Source: Peribacillus asahii
GTDB lineage: Bacteria; Bacillota; Bacilli; Bacillales; DSM-1321
Assembly: GCF_003570725.1 (NCBI RefSeq)
Contig: NZ_QWVS01000013.1
Span: 1 to 40,000, forward strand
DNA length: 40,000 bases
Reading direction: 5' to 3'
Under the pieces are notes generated by a model, which ran no database searches, was not told the origin of the DNA, and saw nothing but the letters and a program-made list of their open reading frames with translations. Position 1 is the first letter of the stretch. Each line of letters opens with the position of its first letter. Of the stretch, positions 26,102 to 36,475 are shown piece after piece. The position numbers and the translations under genes were made by a program.

Positions 26102-27055
26102 TTATTCATTTTGTTCGTTAAAAACAAAATCTTGACTTCGCAATGTCATTAAATCTACCTTATCATAACTATCCTCATGCAATAAGCGCATCGCTTGTAC
26201 TCGAATCGCTTTTTCAATGACATTACGAATATAGCGACCGTTCGAAAAGGAAACAGGACCTTGCAATGAACGAAGTACAACTAAATGTTCGCGCAGCTTT
26301 CGCTCTGCATCGCGGCTAATAACATACTCTCGCTCTTCTAGCATCAAATCCGCTATCTCCATTAATTGATCGGTTGTATAATCAGGAAATTCAACAACAA
26401 GCGGAAATCGTGACAATAAACCAGGGTTTAAGCTAAGGAAATAATCCATTTCACGTGAATAACCCGCTAGAATCAAAATAAATTCATGCTGCTTATCTTC
26501 CATATGCTTCACAAGCGTATCAATCGCTTCTTTCCCAAAGTCTTTTTCTCCCCCGCGTCCTAACGAATACGCTTCATCAATAAACAAAATTCCCCCAAGT
26601 GCTTTCTTCACTAAATCTCGTGTTTTTTGAGCTGTATGACCAATATACTCACCAACTAAATCCGCACGTTCCGCTTCTATTAAATGTCCTTTTGTTAACA
26701 CATTCATCTTATGAAATAATTTACCGATTAAGCGTGCAACCGTCGTTTTCCCTGTGCCAGGATTGCCCTTAAACATCATATGCAACGCTTGTCGCCCAGC
26801 CTTCAAACCACGCTCCTCACGCTTCTTATTAACATAAATCCATGCATAAATTTCTTTAATTAACTTTTTCATTTCTTCCATACCAACTAATGTTTCAAGC
26901 TCCGCCTCGATTTCTTTCAAAGCAATATGCTGATCAGAAAGGTTTCGATCATATAATTCCTTAATAGGCACATCCTTTTGTATCACATTTCTTTTTTCTC
27001 CATTAAAGACAATATTAATTTGCCCATTATTTTTCATTCGGATTGGTTGCTCCAC
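26102..27055 (-). CDS. spoVK: Stage V sporulation AAA+ ATPase SpoVK
   Basis: 317 aa. KNNGQINI N-terminus as in B. subtilis SpoVK. Walker A GNPGTGKT and Walker B ILFIDEAY. GTG start after GGTGAGGTGA. Confidence 0.92.
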   Translation of the reverse strand: MEQPIRMKNNGQINIVFNGEKRNVIQKDVPIKELYDRNLSDQHIALKEIEAELETLVGMEEMKKLIKEIYAWIYVNKKREERGLKAGRQALHMMFKGNPGTGKTTVARLIGKLFHKMNVLTKGHLIEAERADLVGEYIGHTAQKTRDLVKKALGGILFIDEAYSLGRGGEKDFGKEAIDTLVKHMEDKQHEFILILAGYSREMDYFLSLNPGLLSRFPLVVEFPDYTTDQLMEIADLMLEEREYVISRDAERKLREHLVVLRSLQGPVSFSNGRYIRNVIEKAIRVQAMRLLHEDSYDKVDLMTLRSQDFVFNEQNE

Positions 27056-27430
27056 ATCATCACCTCACCATTCCCGACCCCTTATTCCTATATTTTAATT
27101 TATTAGGAAATCCACTTTTCTCAGCTAGCCTTCCGCCAAAAAATACGATGTAATCAGACAATCATTTTACTGAAAAACCCACGTTTCAACATAGTAACTA
27201 TGTTTTCATCATTTCTTTTAAGGAAATGTCAGTTTCTGCGCTTTCCCAAGAAATAATCCACCTATCTATTATTCATCTATATTCAGAAAAGCGGGAAATC
27301 ATTCTTTAGCAAATCGAAAAGGATTTAGAACAAACGTACAAGTGCTAAAGAAACAAAACACGGCAGTTACCGTCCTCCCTGGTCAGCACCTTAAAATCAA
27401 TAGCCTCCTAAACCGGAGCCCCATATAATA

Positions 27431-27462
27431 AAAAAAACAGGCTTATGTATCGCCTGTTTTTC
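27431..27462. terminator. hfq terminator (bidirectional)
   Basis: ACAGGC-loop-GCCTGT flanked by A7 and T4. Confidence 0.75.
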
Positions 27463-27472
27463 TCTCATCTAT

Positions 27473-27706
27473 TTATTCTTTCACTTCATATTCAATTTGA
27501 ACATTTCGTTGTGGAGCAAAAGTAGAAATCGCATGTTTAAATACTAATTGTTGCTTCCCTTCAGATTCAAATAGCACGGTAAAATTGTCAAAGCCTTTAA
27601 TTTGCCCACGAATTTGAAAACCGTTTAATAAAAATACTGTCACATACGTATTGTCTTTTCTCAGCTGGTTTAAAAATTGGTCTTGAATATTTACCGATTG
27701 TTTCAT
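27473..27706 (-). CDS. hfq: RNA chaperone Hfq
   Basis: [58 protein letters not shown], covering the Sm1/Sm2 motifs. ATG 27706 lies 8 nt after GGAGG. Confidence 0.97.
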   Translation of the reverse strand: MKQSVNIQDQFLNQLRKDNTYVTVFLLNGFQIRGQIKGFDNFTVLFESEGKQQLVFKHAISTFAPQRNVQIEYEVKE

Positions 27707-27729
27707 CACTTTGTCCTCCTCTTTTCTCT

Positions 27730-28695
27730 CTACTTGTACTTATTCGCCTTTATCATGAGCTTTCCTGCAATAAATTCCGATATTTCATTGATTTTTTTTG
27801 GAAATTCGGCAATATTAGTCATATCAAACCAAGAAACATCCATTTTGTTGCGAAACCATGTAAGTTGACGTTTCGCATAACGGCGTGAATTCTGCTTCAA
27901 CGCCCCAATTGCCTCTTCCTTACTCATTCGCCCTTCAAAATAGTCATACAGTTCTTTATAACCAATTGCTTGAATTGATTGACAATCTTTTAAGCCTTGT
28001 TCAAAAAAGCCTTGCACTTCCGAAACAAGCCCTTCTTCCACCATCATATCAACTCGATCGTTAATACGTGCATACAATAAATCCCGCTCCATCGTTAATC
28101 CGATAATACATGTGTCATATTTCATCTCAATCGGCTGTTCATTTAATTGCTCACTCATTGTATGCCCTGTGCAATGATAAATTTCAAGCGCACGAATCAC
28201 ACGCCTCACATTATTCGGATGAATACGCTCCGCACTTTCAGGATCAATCCTCTGCAGTTCCGCAAAAACAGTCTCTATTCCCGCCTCTTTCACTCGTTGT
28301 TCTAACTCCGCTCGATATAGCGGGTCGGATGGAGCTTCAGAGAATTGATAATCATAAATTACAGACTGTATGTATAATCCCGTTCCCCCCACTATAATAG
28401 GAAGCTTTCCTCGACTTTGAATATCTTCAATCATTACATTTGCTCTTTGTTGAAACTCAGCTGCACTAAACGGCTCATTCGGCTCTTTAATATCGAGCAA
28501 ATAATGTGGAATACCTTCTTTTTCTTCCTCCTTTATTTTCGCTGTGCCAATATCCATTCCTTTGTATACTTGCATGGAATCACCACTTATAATCTCACCA
28601 TTAAATCGTTTAGCTAATTCAATACTTAGCTTCGTCTTGCCCACAGCCGTTGGGCCAATAATAACAAGTAACTTTCCTTTTTGTTGTTCCAACAT
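27730..28695 (-). CDS. miaA: tRNA dimethylallyltransferase MiaA
   Basis: 321 aa. P-loop GPTAVGKT plus the [15 protein letters not shown] motif. Upstream of hfq as in Bacillus. Confidence 0.96.
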   Translation of the reverse strand: MLEQQKGKLLVIIGPTAVGKTKLSIELAKRFNGEIISGDSMQVYKGMDIGTAKIKEEEKEGIPHYLLDIKEPNEPFSAAEFQQRANVMIEDIQSRGKLPIIVGGTGLYIQSVIYDYQFSEAPSDPLYRAELEQRVKEAGIETVFAELQRIDPESAERIHPNNVRRVIRALEIYHCTGHTMSEQLNEQPIEMKYDTCIIGLTMERDLLYARINDRVDMMVEEGLVSEVQGFFEQGLKDCQSIQAIGYKELYDYFEGRMSKEEAIGALKQNSRRYAKRQLTWFRNKMDVSWFDMTNIAEFPKKINEISEFIAGKLMIKANKYK

Positions 28696-28889
28696 TCTTC
28701 ACTGCCTTATATGATTTTTTCCTATCTTACCATAATTTCAGTAGAAGCTGTTAAACATCTAAACAGTATAGGTATCTCTCTACATTTTTATTCAAATAAA
28801 AATAGAAAAATAAATACATTTAAAAGTGCGAATGAAAGTGATTTCAACAACCAAAACTAATTTCTAGAAAAAAGAGGAGGAAAGATTAA

Positions 28890-29548
28890 ATGGAAGAATT
28901 ATTACACCCCATGCTGAGAACAGTTATTTCCTATATAATATTGCTTTTTGTTACTTACTTATTCGGAAAAAGAATGAATGCACAATTAAATTACCATAGC
29001 TTTGCTGTCGCTATTACAATCGGTTCATTCATCGCTAATATGGGGTTTGATACCAATCTTAAATTTTGGCCGGTACTTACTTCTTTTTTTATTTTAACGT
29101 TGGTTTTCTATCTTTCTTCTTATTTATCCTATCAAAATAAATTCTTATACAAATACTTATCCGGAGAACCCACTGCTATTATCGAAAAGGGAAAAATAAA
29201 TGAGGTCAATATGAAAAAAGCAAAGTATGGCCTGTACGATTTACACCAACAATTAAGAGAAAACGGAGTATTCCAAATAGAAGAAATTGACACGGCCTAT
29301 CTTGAAGTAAGTGGTAAGCTTTCTATTCAAATAAAAGAGCAATACAAGCCTGCAAACAATACATAGATCAGCTAAATATGAAACGACCGGTCGAATTAAT
29401 CATAGACGGAAAGATATTAAAAGAAAATTTAACTTCTACATACAATCAAGAATGGCTGCACATGCAATGCCAATCTAGAAATATCAGCATCGAACAAGTT
29501 TCTTATGCCGTTGTAGGAACAAATGGTGTATTTTATACCTTACCTTAA
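28890..29548 (+). pseudogene. DUF421 (YetF-like) membrane protein gene split by a frameshift
   Basis: The 158-aa ORF 28890-29366 holds the TM region plus the start of the DUF421 domain. The C-terminal part (MKRPVELIIDGKILKENL...VSYAVVGTNGVFYTLP) continues in another frame at 29378-29548. Confidence 0.65.
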
Positions 29549-29685
29549 TTGGTCTAGCCAAGAAATCACTTTCACCGAAAATAAGTTCATATTTTATACG
29601 CCTATATATAAACCCAAATTAATTTTTTGGCATCACCCCATCTAGTTGGTGAAACGATTGGGGACTCACTCCGTAAAACAAGGAG

Positions 29686-29715
29686 AAAGCCCTCATGTAT
29701 TGTGAGGGCTTTTTC
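29686..29715. terminator. Bidirectional terminator
   Basis: 10-bp stem AAAGCCCTCA/TGAGGGCTTT followed by a T-run. Confidence 0.8.
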
Positions 29716-29725
29716 TACAAATCTA

Positions 29726-30916
29726 TTATTGTGTTACTAGACTTCTTTTATGACCGTATAACCAATCTGTATAGCTAAAATCATTTGCTGGACGTTTTGT
29801 AAAAATATCGTTACGAAGGGCAATTGTAATTGGATCTATAGCATGAATGATTTCTCCCCATTGACGTGCCGTTGTTTGAACACGTGCAGTGCGCGGAATA
29901 CGTTCTTCTTGGAACTCTTTGAAAGCGGCTTCAAAATTATCACCATGAGCTGCTAATACGTCAGCTAATTTTGCAGCATCTTCTAACGCTTGAACGCCAC
30001 CTTGAGCCAAGTATTGTAACATTGGGTGAGCAGCGTCTCCCATAAGTGTTATATTCCCTTTTGTCCAGTTATCAATTGGCAGACGATCATACATTGGCCA
30101 ACGGATTTGTTTATTAATGAATGAAAGAGCTTTCTCGACTTTTGAATGACAGCCTTCAAATACTTGCGCCATTTCTTCTGGAGTTCCCCACTCAACAGAT
30201 TCAGATGTATAAGTTGGGCTTTTAAATACAACGACTTGATTATATAATTCTCCACGGCGTACTGGGTATTGAACTACATGAAGATTTGGACCAATCCACA
30301 TAATTACATCGTCCATTTCAGCATCTTCAGAAATTTCTTCGATTGGAATCGTACCGCGATAAGCAACATATGCAGAGTTTACCATATCATCTTGAGCGAA
30401 TAATTTACGTACATTCGATTTAATTCCATCTGCCCCAATAACTGCCTTACCCTTAATTTTCTCATCATGTTGGTTTATAAGGAAGACCCCATCTTCATTT
30501 TCTTCTGCAGCAGTAATTGTCGTATTCGTATGAAGCGAGATTAAAGGATTACTTTCACATGCCTCTAACAGCGATCTGTGTAAATCAGAACGGTGCAATA
30601 CCATATATGGGAAGCCATATCTCTCTTTAAACTCATCTCCTAGGTCTAAAGCCGTTAGTTCTTCTCCCGTAAAAGCATCTTTTAACACAAGTCGTTTTGG
30701 AAATACAGCAAATTCAGCAATGCGATCTGCTACTCCAAGACGAGTTAAAACGGCCATTGCGTTCGGAGCCATTTGAATTCCCGCGCCAACTTCCCCGAAT
30801 TGTGGTGCTTGTTCAAAAACGGATGAAGCGTGACCAGCTTGTGCTGCAGCAAGAGCTGTTGCTAATCCACCAATTCCGCCACCAGCGATTAAGATTGTGT
30901 TTTCTGTGTTTGTCAT
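29726..30916 (-). CDS. FAD-dependent aromatic monooxygenase, 3-hydroxybenzoate 6-hydroxylase type
   Basis: 396 aa. GGGIGG dinucleotide fold, GADG, and the GDAAHPMLQYLAQGGVQALEDA motif of group A flavoprotein hydroxylases. Last gene of a gentisate operon. Confidence 0.8.
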   Translation of the reverse strand: MTNTENTILIAGGGIGGLATALAAAQAGHASSVFEQAPQFGEVGAGIQMAPNAMAVLTRLGVADRIAEFAVFPKRLVLKDAFTGEELTALDLGDEFKERYGFPYMVLHRSDLHRSLLEACESNPLISLHTNTTITAAEENEDGVFLINQHDEKIKGKAVIGADGIKSNVRKLFAQDDMVNSAYVAYRGTIPIEEISEDAEMDDVIMWIGPNLHVVQYPVRRGELYNQVVVFKSPTYTSESVEWGTPEEMAQVFEGCHSKVEKALSFINKQIRWPMYDRLPIDNWTKGNITLMGDAAHPMLQYLAQGGVQALEDAAKLADVLAAHGDNFEAAFKEFQEERIPRTARVQTTARQWGEIIHAIDPITIALRNDIFTKRPANDFSYTDWLYGHKRSLVTQ

Positions 30917-31045
30917 GGAAATTCCTCCCGGTTTCTCTTAATTTAGTTTTAAAGAAGTAATAAGTGATTAACAAAGGGCAGCCTAAGAAGCATATAATCT
31001 GCCTATCTCTTAAGCTGCTTATTACTGCGATAATCTTTTTTACTT

Positions 31046-32158
31046 TTATGGTAATAATGGTTTAAACTCAGAAGTCACTTCTTGCTGACCGTTGTTTCGT
31101 TCATACGCTTCTTGTTTTTCAATATCAAACTTTTCCATAATTGGAAGATCATTCGTTGTGAAGAAATACGTATCTTCTTCTGCAACATGTTCTACCCAAG
31201 CCCAGTTTGGAACGCAGAAGAAATCTCCTTCTTCCCAATCGAAGCGAACGCCGTTAATAATACTGTAGCCCGAACCTTTATACACTTGATGAATCGAAGC
31301 ACTCGTATGCCGCTGCGCTTTTGTGCGGAAACCTTTCGGAAATTTCTGAATCCAAGCAGCAATCGTTGGGTTCGCTGTTTTACCTGTAGAAGGATTAATA
31401 AATTCTACCGCATATCCTTCGAATGGATCCGGCTCAAACTGACTTAATGATTCAATCGCCTTATACGTATGCTCCCATTTATACGAACCTAGCGGCGCTA
31501 CCGAAGGATTACGATCAGAAACAGGACGCAGCATACCTGCTGCATAACGTTGTGAACCAAAGTTATCCGGTACTTTCGGCTGTTCAATTCTTTCTGGGTA
31601 ATTCTCAAAGAATGTACCACCCAATGCATAAATTGTTGGAATGTCTAAAATATCTGTCCAAATCATCGGTTTTGTGCCTTCATGACCATGACCATGCCAT
31701 AAATTTTTTGGCGTAATGAGGAAATCTCCTTCTTCCATGAAAATTCTTTCCCCTTGGACGATACTGTATGCGCCTTCCCCTTTCGTAATAAAGCGAAGGG
31801 CATTTTGAGAGTGACGATGAGAAGGAGCTACTTCTCCTGGTTGTAACAATTGAACGGCTGCATACAGCGTTTGTGTCGTAGAAGCCCATCCCCAAGGTTG
31901 ACGATAATCAAGACCTGGATTTTGCAAATAAATTGCCCGTCGTTCTCCACCGCGTTCCGGAGTAAAAATTTGAGCAGCTTCTAGTAATTTTTTCTCAAGC
32001 AGGCTGCCTTTCCAAAGATAAGCTTGTGCATGAGGCTCTGGAGATTTATGCATTAATGCTGGAATTGCTTCCCATAATGGTCCAAGATTATATTGACGAA
32101 TATCAGTCGTAAAATCTTGTACAATTTTACTCTTCATAAACTCAGTTACTTCTGCCAT
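31046..32158 (-). CDS. Gentisate 1,2-dioxygenase (bicupin)
   Basis: 370 aa. Motifs GERRAIYLQNPGL, PGEVAPSHRHSQNALRF and GDFLITPKNLWHGHGH are typical of gentisate dioxygenases. Confidence 0.88.
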   Translation of the reverse strand: MAEVTEFMKSKIVQDFTTDIRQYNLGPLWEAIPALMHKSPEPHAQAYLWKGSLLEKKLLEAAQIFTPERGGERRAIYLQNPGLDYRQPWGWASTTQTLYAAVQLLQPGEVAPSHRHSQNALRFITKGEGAYSIVQGERIFMEEGDFLITPKNLWHGHGHEGTKPMIWTDILDIPTIYALGGTFFENYPERIEQPKVPDNFGSQRYAAGMLRPVSDRNPSVAPLGSYKWEHTYKAIESLSQFEPDPFEGYAVEFINPSTGKTANPTIAAWIQKFPKGFRTKAQRHTSASIHQVYKGSGYSIINGVRFDWEEGDFFCVPNWAWVEHVAEEDTYFFTTNDLPIMEKFDIEKQEAYERNNGQQEVTSEFKPLLP

Positions 32159-32181
32159 GTTCCGAACCCCCTACTAGATTA

Positions 32182-32670
32182 TTAATTTAATTTTGATAAA
32201 TTGCGTTGAATTTGACCTTCATGTTTGTTCACATGCTGATCAATTAAATGATCAATAATAAATGAGAGTGGTTTCGTACCAAAATTAGGATTTCTGCTTG
32301 GTGCTTCAGTAGCAAGCTGCTCCGCTGTCAAGTTCCCAATACCTGATTCTACTTTTTGTTTAACCCCTTCTAGCGCTTGTAACAGCTCCGCAACACTTAT
32401 CGCATCCACTATTGTAGAACTTACCGCTTGCAGTCGCCCTTCATGTAAATGATTTCTTCCCCATTCTTGACCAGGAGATTGAACAAGCTGTTCAATCTCT
32501 TCTACCCAATACGGTAATGCTTCGACGATATGAGCGACAATTTGCATAATAGACCATTCTTCCTCTGTTGGATTCCAACGAATCGTTTCTTCCGATAACC
32601 CTTTCACCGTTTTGATAATACGATCAATCGATTCATTAACAGATGTAACTGCATTTTGTGTCACTGTCAT
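32182..32670 (-). CDS. DinB-family protein; candidate thiol-dependent maleylpyruvate isomerase
   Basis: 162 aa. DinB-type His positions (QIVAHIVEA; DHLIDQHVNKHEGQI). It sits exactly where a maleylpyruvate isomerase is expected, between the dioxygenase and the FAH hydrolase. Confidence 0.6.
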   Translation of the reverse strand: MTVTQNAVTSVNESIDRIIKTVKGLSEETIRWNPTEEEWSIMQIVAHIVEALPYWVEEIEQLVQSPGQEWGRNHLHEGRLQAVSSTIVDAISVAELLQALEGVKQKVESGIGNLTAEQLATEAPSRNPNFGTKPLSFIIDHLIDQHVNKHEGQIQRNLSKLN

Positions 32671-32674
32671 TCTA

Positions 32675-33616
32675 TTACTCTCCTTTTACGGCACGTACTG
32701 TATTTTCTAATACACCCACTTTTTCGATTTCGACGCGAACGACATCTCCATCTTTCAGCCATACTTGCGGTTCCATTGCTTGAATAACACCACCAGGAGT
32801 TCCTGTAATAACGATATCACCAGGCTCTAATGTAGCAATTGTAGATAAGAATGATACTAGATGTTTAACAGAGAATACTTGGTTCGCAGTATTGGTACGT
32901 TGACGCTCTTCACCGTTTACAGTTAAAACCATTTCTAGTGTTTGTGGATCTGGTAGCTCATCTGAAGTAACCATCCAAGGTCCCATCGGTAAGCTGCCAT
33001 CTACCGTTTTTCCTTGTAACCACTGAAGGGTACGACGTTGGAAGTCACGATACGTTACGTCATTAGCTACCGCATAACCAGCTACATAATCAAGCGCTTC
33101 TTCTTCTGAAACATTTTTTGCACGTTTACCGATGACAAATGCAAATTCCGCTTCATAGTCTAATTGTTCTGAAATTGGATGAAATGGAATATCATCTTGC
33201 GGGCCAACAAGTGTGTTCGCAAATTTAGCGAATACAACAGGATATTTTGGGATTTCACGCCCCATTTCAAGAATATGTTCACGATAGTTATGACCTACGG
33301 CAAAGATTTTTCCTGGTTTTGGAACAGGCGCTTCCACTTTTACTTCGCTCAGAGCATGAACTAGTTTTGAACCATCCACTACTCTATTCGTTAAAGCAAA
33401 GTCGATTGCTCCTTTCGCAAGCTCCATGCTTTCTTTTCCACCTTGTAAAAATTCTGTCATCTCAGATGGAACGAATGCATTTGCAATTTCTTGTGCACGT
33501 ATTTTCCCCTCTGCTTCTAAAGATTTTTTATAAGCAAGATGTAAATCGACAACTTCCTCATTCACGATAGCTCCAATTGTTGTAATACCTTCACGGTTAA
33601 ATGTTATAAGTTTCAT
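32675..33616 (-). CDS. FAH-family hydrolase, fumarylpyruvate hydrolase type
   Basis: About 313 aa, FAH fold (EAEFAFVIGK, GTPGGV). Start at ATG 33616 after AAAGGAG. First gene of the operon. Confidence 0.8.
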   Translation of the reverse strand: MKLITFNREGITTIGAIVNEEVVDLHLAYKKSLEAEGKIRAQEIANAFVPSEMTEFLQGGKESMELAKGAIDFALTNRVVDGSKLVHALSEVKVEAPVPKPGKIFAVGHNYREHILEMGREIPKYPVVFAKFANTLVGPQDDIPFHPISEQLDYEAEFAFVIGKRAKNVSEEEALDYVAGYAVANDVTYRDFQRRTLQWLQGKTVDGSLPMGPWMVTSDELPDPQTLEMVLTVNGEERQRTNTANQVFSVKHLVSFLSTIATLEPGDIVITGTPGGVIQAMEPQVWLKDGDVVRVEIEKVGVLENTVRAVKGE

Positions 33617-34059
33617 ACATATGCTCCTTTGTCTATACAATTGTATTTTGAGTTTTCCATTCCTGTAAGCGGATTCATTTCAATCACTTCTTAGAAGATA
33701 TTTCGCTTGAATAATATAGACATTCTTAGACTTATATCTTCAAAGTTACTTAGCAACAGGATTTTTGTACTTCTTTTCATTAATGTGAACAGGCTAACTT
33801 GTGAGCTATAAAAGAAAGTAGATGTTCCTTTGAACTTTTTCACTTTAAGTTAACTTTGTTCACTATTTATAAATAAAATTTAATCCATTCCACAGCAAAT
33901 GTCAATAATATTTTTTTCTGAAAATTTACTTACTTTAGAATAAACTTTGGGATTCTATATAGAAACCTTTGTACAAAGCTTCACAGTTTGTTCTAAGAAC
34001 ACTTTGTCAATAAAGAAGTGTTTCTGTTATACTAATAAAAAATAATAGGAGAAATTAAA

Positions 34060-34818
34060 ATGGAGAAAGAAAAAAATCCAGCTATGATTGGTTCGCTTCA
34101 AATAGGTTTGGGAATAGTTGATATCATTGCTTCCCAGGAACACCCTATGAAGTTTACTGAAATTCAAGAAAAATCCAACATCACAAAAAGTAATCTATAT
34201 AAATATTTGAACACTCTTACACACTTAGAGTTACTATATAGAGACAAACAACACGGTACCTATACACTGGGTTCTAAAATTATTTCCTATGGAATGGCTG
34301 CTATCGGTCAACAAGATCTTGTTACTAAAGTGACTCCTTTCCTACAAGAAATAAGTAGATTTACTTCTTTAACGGCTCTATTAGCTGTATGGACACATAG
34401 CGGTCCTGTAATCGCTAACATCTGGAGCGCTAATAACGGCTTAAACATCGGTGCACAAATTGGGACGCACCTCCCTATCCTATCGTCGTCAGGAAAAGTT
34501 TTTGCTGCTTTTCATGAACCTTTACTCATTGAGGAATGGAAAAATACTGAAATGCAAAACTGGTCTGTAGAGGACAAACAATTATTCGAGGAAGAAACAA
34601 AAGGTATTAAAAAAAGGCAAATTTCCTTTGCTAAAGAGCCACTCGTTCCTTATATATCTTCAGCATCTGTTCCATTATTTAACTATAATAATGATTTACT
34701 AGGCTGTTTGACACTTGTTGGATTTTCACCGCTTGTCCCTCAAACATCTGAAGATGAATACGGTCAATATTTACTCAATACCTCTAAGGAAGTATCTGGT
34801 ATATTTGGATATAAGTAA
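34060..34818 (+). CDS. IclR-family transcriptional regulator
   Basis: 252 aa with an N-terminal wHTH (MKFTEIQEKSNITKSNLYKYLNTL) and a C-terminal IclR effector domain. Divergent from the catabolic operon. Confidence 0.85.
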   Translation: MEKEKNPAMIGSLQIGLGIVDIIASQEHPMKFTEIQEKSNITKSNLYKYLNTLTHLELLYRDKQHGTYTLGSKIISYGMAAIGQQDLVTKVTPFLQEISRFTSLTALLAVWTHSGPVIANIWSANNGLNIGAQIGTHLPILSSSGKVFAAFHEPLLIEEWKNTEMQNWSVEDKQLFEEETKGIKKRQISFAKEPLVPYISSASVPLFNYNNDLLGCLTLVGFSPLVPQTSEDEYGQYLLNTSKEVSGIFGYK

Positions 34819-34826
34819 TTTGTTTT

Positions 34827-34865
34827 AGAAGCATCCATTTAAAAAATGGCATGCTTCTTTTTTTG
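34827..34865 (+). terminator. Terminator of the IclR gene
   Basis: AGAAGCAT..CCATT-loop-AATGG..ATGCTTCT followed by T7. Confidence 0.8.
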
Positions 34866-35107
34866 TGAATTTTCATGATACTTTTTAATAGCAATGTTGT
34901 TATAATACACTTTTTACAAGTTTCCTATTTCACAATCTTTTATTTTTTTACAATTTTGTGAATTTCGAGTTGAAAAATTTAAAAACCGCCTATATAATCA
35001 CTATAAAGAAACATTGTTTCCTATAAGCGTATTTTATTCTGTTAGAAACCTATTTTCACAAATTTGAAAGCGCTTTATTGATACTGCAACACAAAGGGGG
35101 AAATTAT

Positions 35108-36475
35108 TTGTCTAATTTAAACACAAACCATATCATTGAAAACAGCAAATTTAACCGCTTTCACGCCATGATACTCTTTTGGGGGACATTCATTATCATT
35201 TTAGATGGTTATGATCTTGCCGTTTATGGAGCTGTACTGCCCGTTCTGATTGAAGATTGGGGATTATCGAATGTTGAAGCTGGCGCCATGGGAAGTTATG
35301 GATTAATTGGTGTTATGATTGGGGCTTTTTTCTTCGGTCCTCTCGCTGACCGAGTTGGCAGGAAAAATGTTATCCTTATTTGTTTTGTCCTATTTAGTCT
35401 ATTCACTGGACTATGCGGTACAGCTGATTCACCTACCACTTTTTCTACCTATCGATTTATTGCAGGACTCGGGCTTGGCGGGATTATGCCAAATGTAATT
35501 GCTTTAATGACAGACTACTCCCCTAAATCGATGCGTAGTTTAACTGTATCGATTATACTTTGCGGCTATTCCGTTGGGGGAATGCTGGCTCCTGCACTTT
35601 CAATCTATCTCATCCCAAGCTACGGATGGGAAATCGTCTATATGATTACTGCTGCACCTCTTATTCTTTTACCTTTCATATGGAAGCATCTTCCTGATGC
35701 AACTGTTTTCTTAGCTGCAAAGGGACGTACAAAAGAATTACGCCAGATTATGAATAAAATCAACCCTGCCGGTAACTATACGGAAAAGGATCACTTTGAA
35801 AAAATAGATATAAAACAACAAGCAGGCATTCCTGTTATTCAACTATTTAAAAATAACCGTGCTCTTAGTACAAGTATGTTTTGGATTGCATACTTCATGT
35901 GCTTATTAGTCGTTTATGGATTAAGCACATGGCTCCCAAAATTAATGATGCAAGCAGGCTATGGCTTAAATTCAAGTCTTTCGTTCTTAATCATTATGCA
36001 CGCTGGAACAATTGTTGGGACACTTATAATAGCTAAACTTGCTGATCGATATGGTTCTAAAAAAATGCTTGTTCCAATGTACACAATCGGTGCGATTTGC
36101 TTATTTCTGATGAGCTTTAAAAGCGACCTATGGGTGATTTGTCTTCTTGTCGCTATTACTGGAGCTTGTACAGTAGGCGCACAAAATATCGCCAATGCCT
36201 ATGTTTCTCAATATTATCCACCATTTTTACGTTCAACTGCCTTAGGGGTTGCTTCCGGCATAGGAAGAATAGGCGCCATTCTCGGACCAACTATTGGCGG
36301 AATCTTACTTACGATGAATTTACCGATTCAAATTAATTTCCTTGCCTTTGCTATACCTGGTGTCATCGCTTCTATCGCTTTCTTCTTCATCCCTGTGAAA
36401 CATGCCTATGATTATACAGAAAAAACGGAAGATTCAGATATAAAAGAATCAGATACTAATTCTAAAGTCATTTAA
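35108..36475 (+). CDS. MFS transporter, aromatic acid:H+ symporter type
   Basis: 12-TM MFS (GPLADRVGRK motif). Start at TTG 35108, 6 nt after AAAGGGGGA. Promoter-like TTGAAA (34970-34975), N17, TATAAT (34993-34998). Confidence 0.8.
   Translation: MSNLNTNHIIENSKFNRFHAMILFWGTFIIILDGYDLAVYGAVLPVLIEDWGLSNVEAGAMGSYGLIGVMIGAFFFGPLADRVGRKNVILICFVLFSLFTGLCGTADSPTTFSTYRFIAGLGLGGIMPNVIALMTDYSPKSMRSLTVSIILCGYSVGGMLAPALSIYLIPSYGWEIVYMITAAPLILLPFIWKHLPDATVFLAAKGRTKELRQIMNKINPAGNYTEKDHFEKIDIKQQAGIPVIQLFKNNRALSTSMFWIAYFMCLLVVYGLSTWLPKLMMQAGYGLNSSLSFLIIMHAGTIVGTLIIAKLADRYGSKKMLVPMYTIGAICLFLMSFKSDLWVICLLVAITGACTVGAQNIANAYVSQYYPPFLRSTALGVASGIGRIGAILGPTIGGILLTMNLPIQINFLAFAIPGVIASIAFFFIPVKHAYDYTEKTEDSDIKESDTNSKVI

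Noticed and set aside
31082-31895. Several 70-120-aa ORFs antisense to the gentisate dioxygenase gene. Similar antisense ORFs occur in cheY-like (853-1068), glnA (20819-21013, 21576-21767), FAH (33179-33570), miaA (28110-28617), glpD (37072-37257, 38092-38403) and MFS (35959-36336).
   Set aside because: All lie inside strongly supported genes on the other strand or in another frame. They lack SDs and have no recognisable domains.
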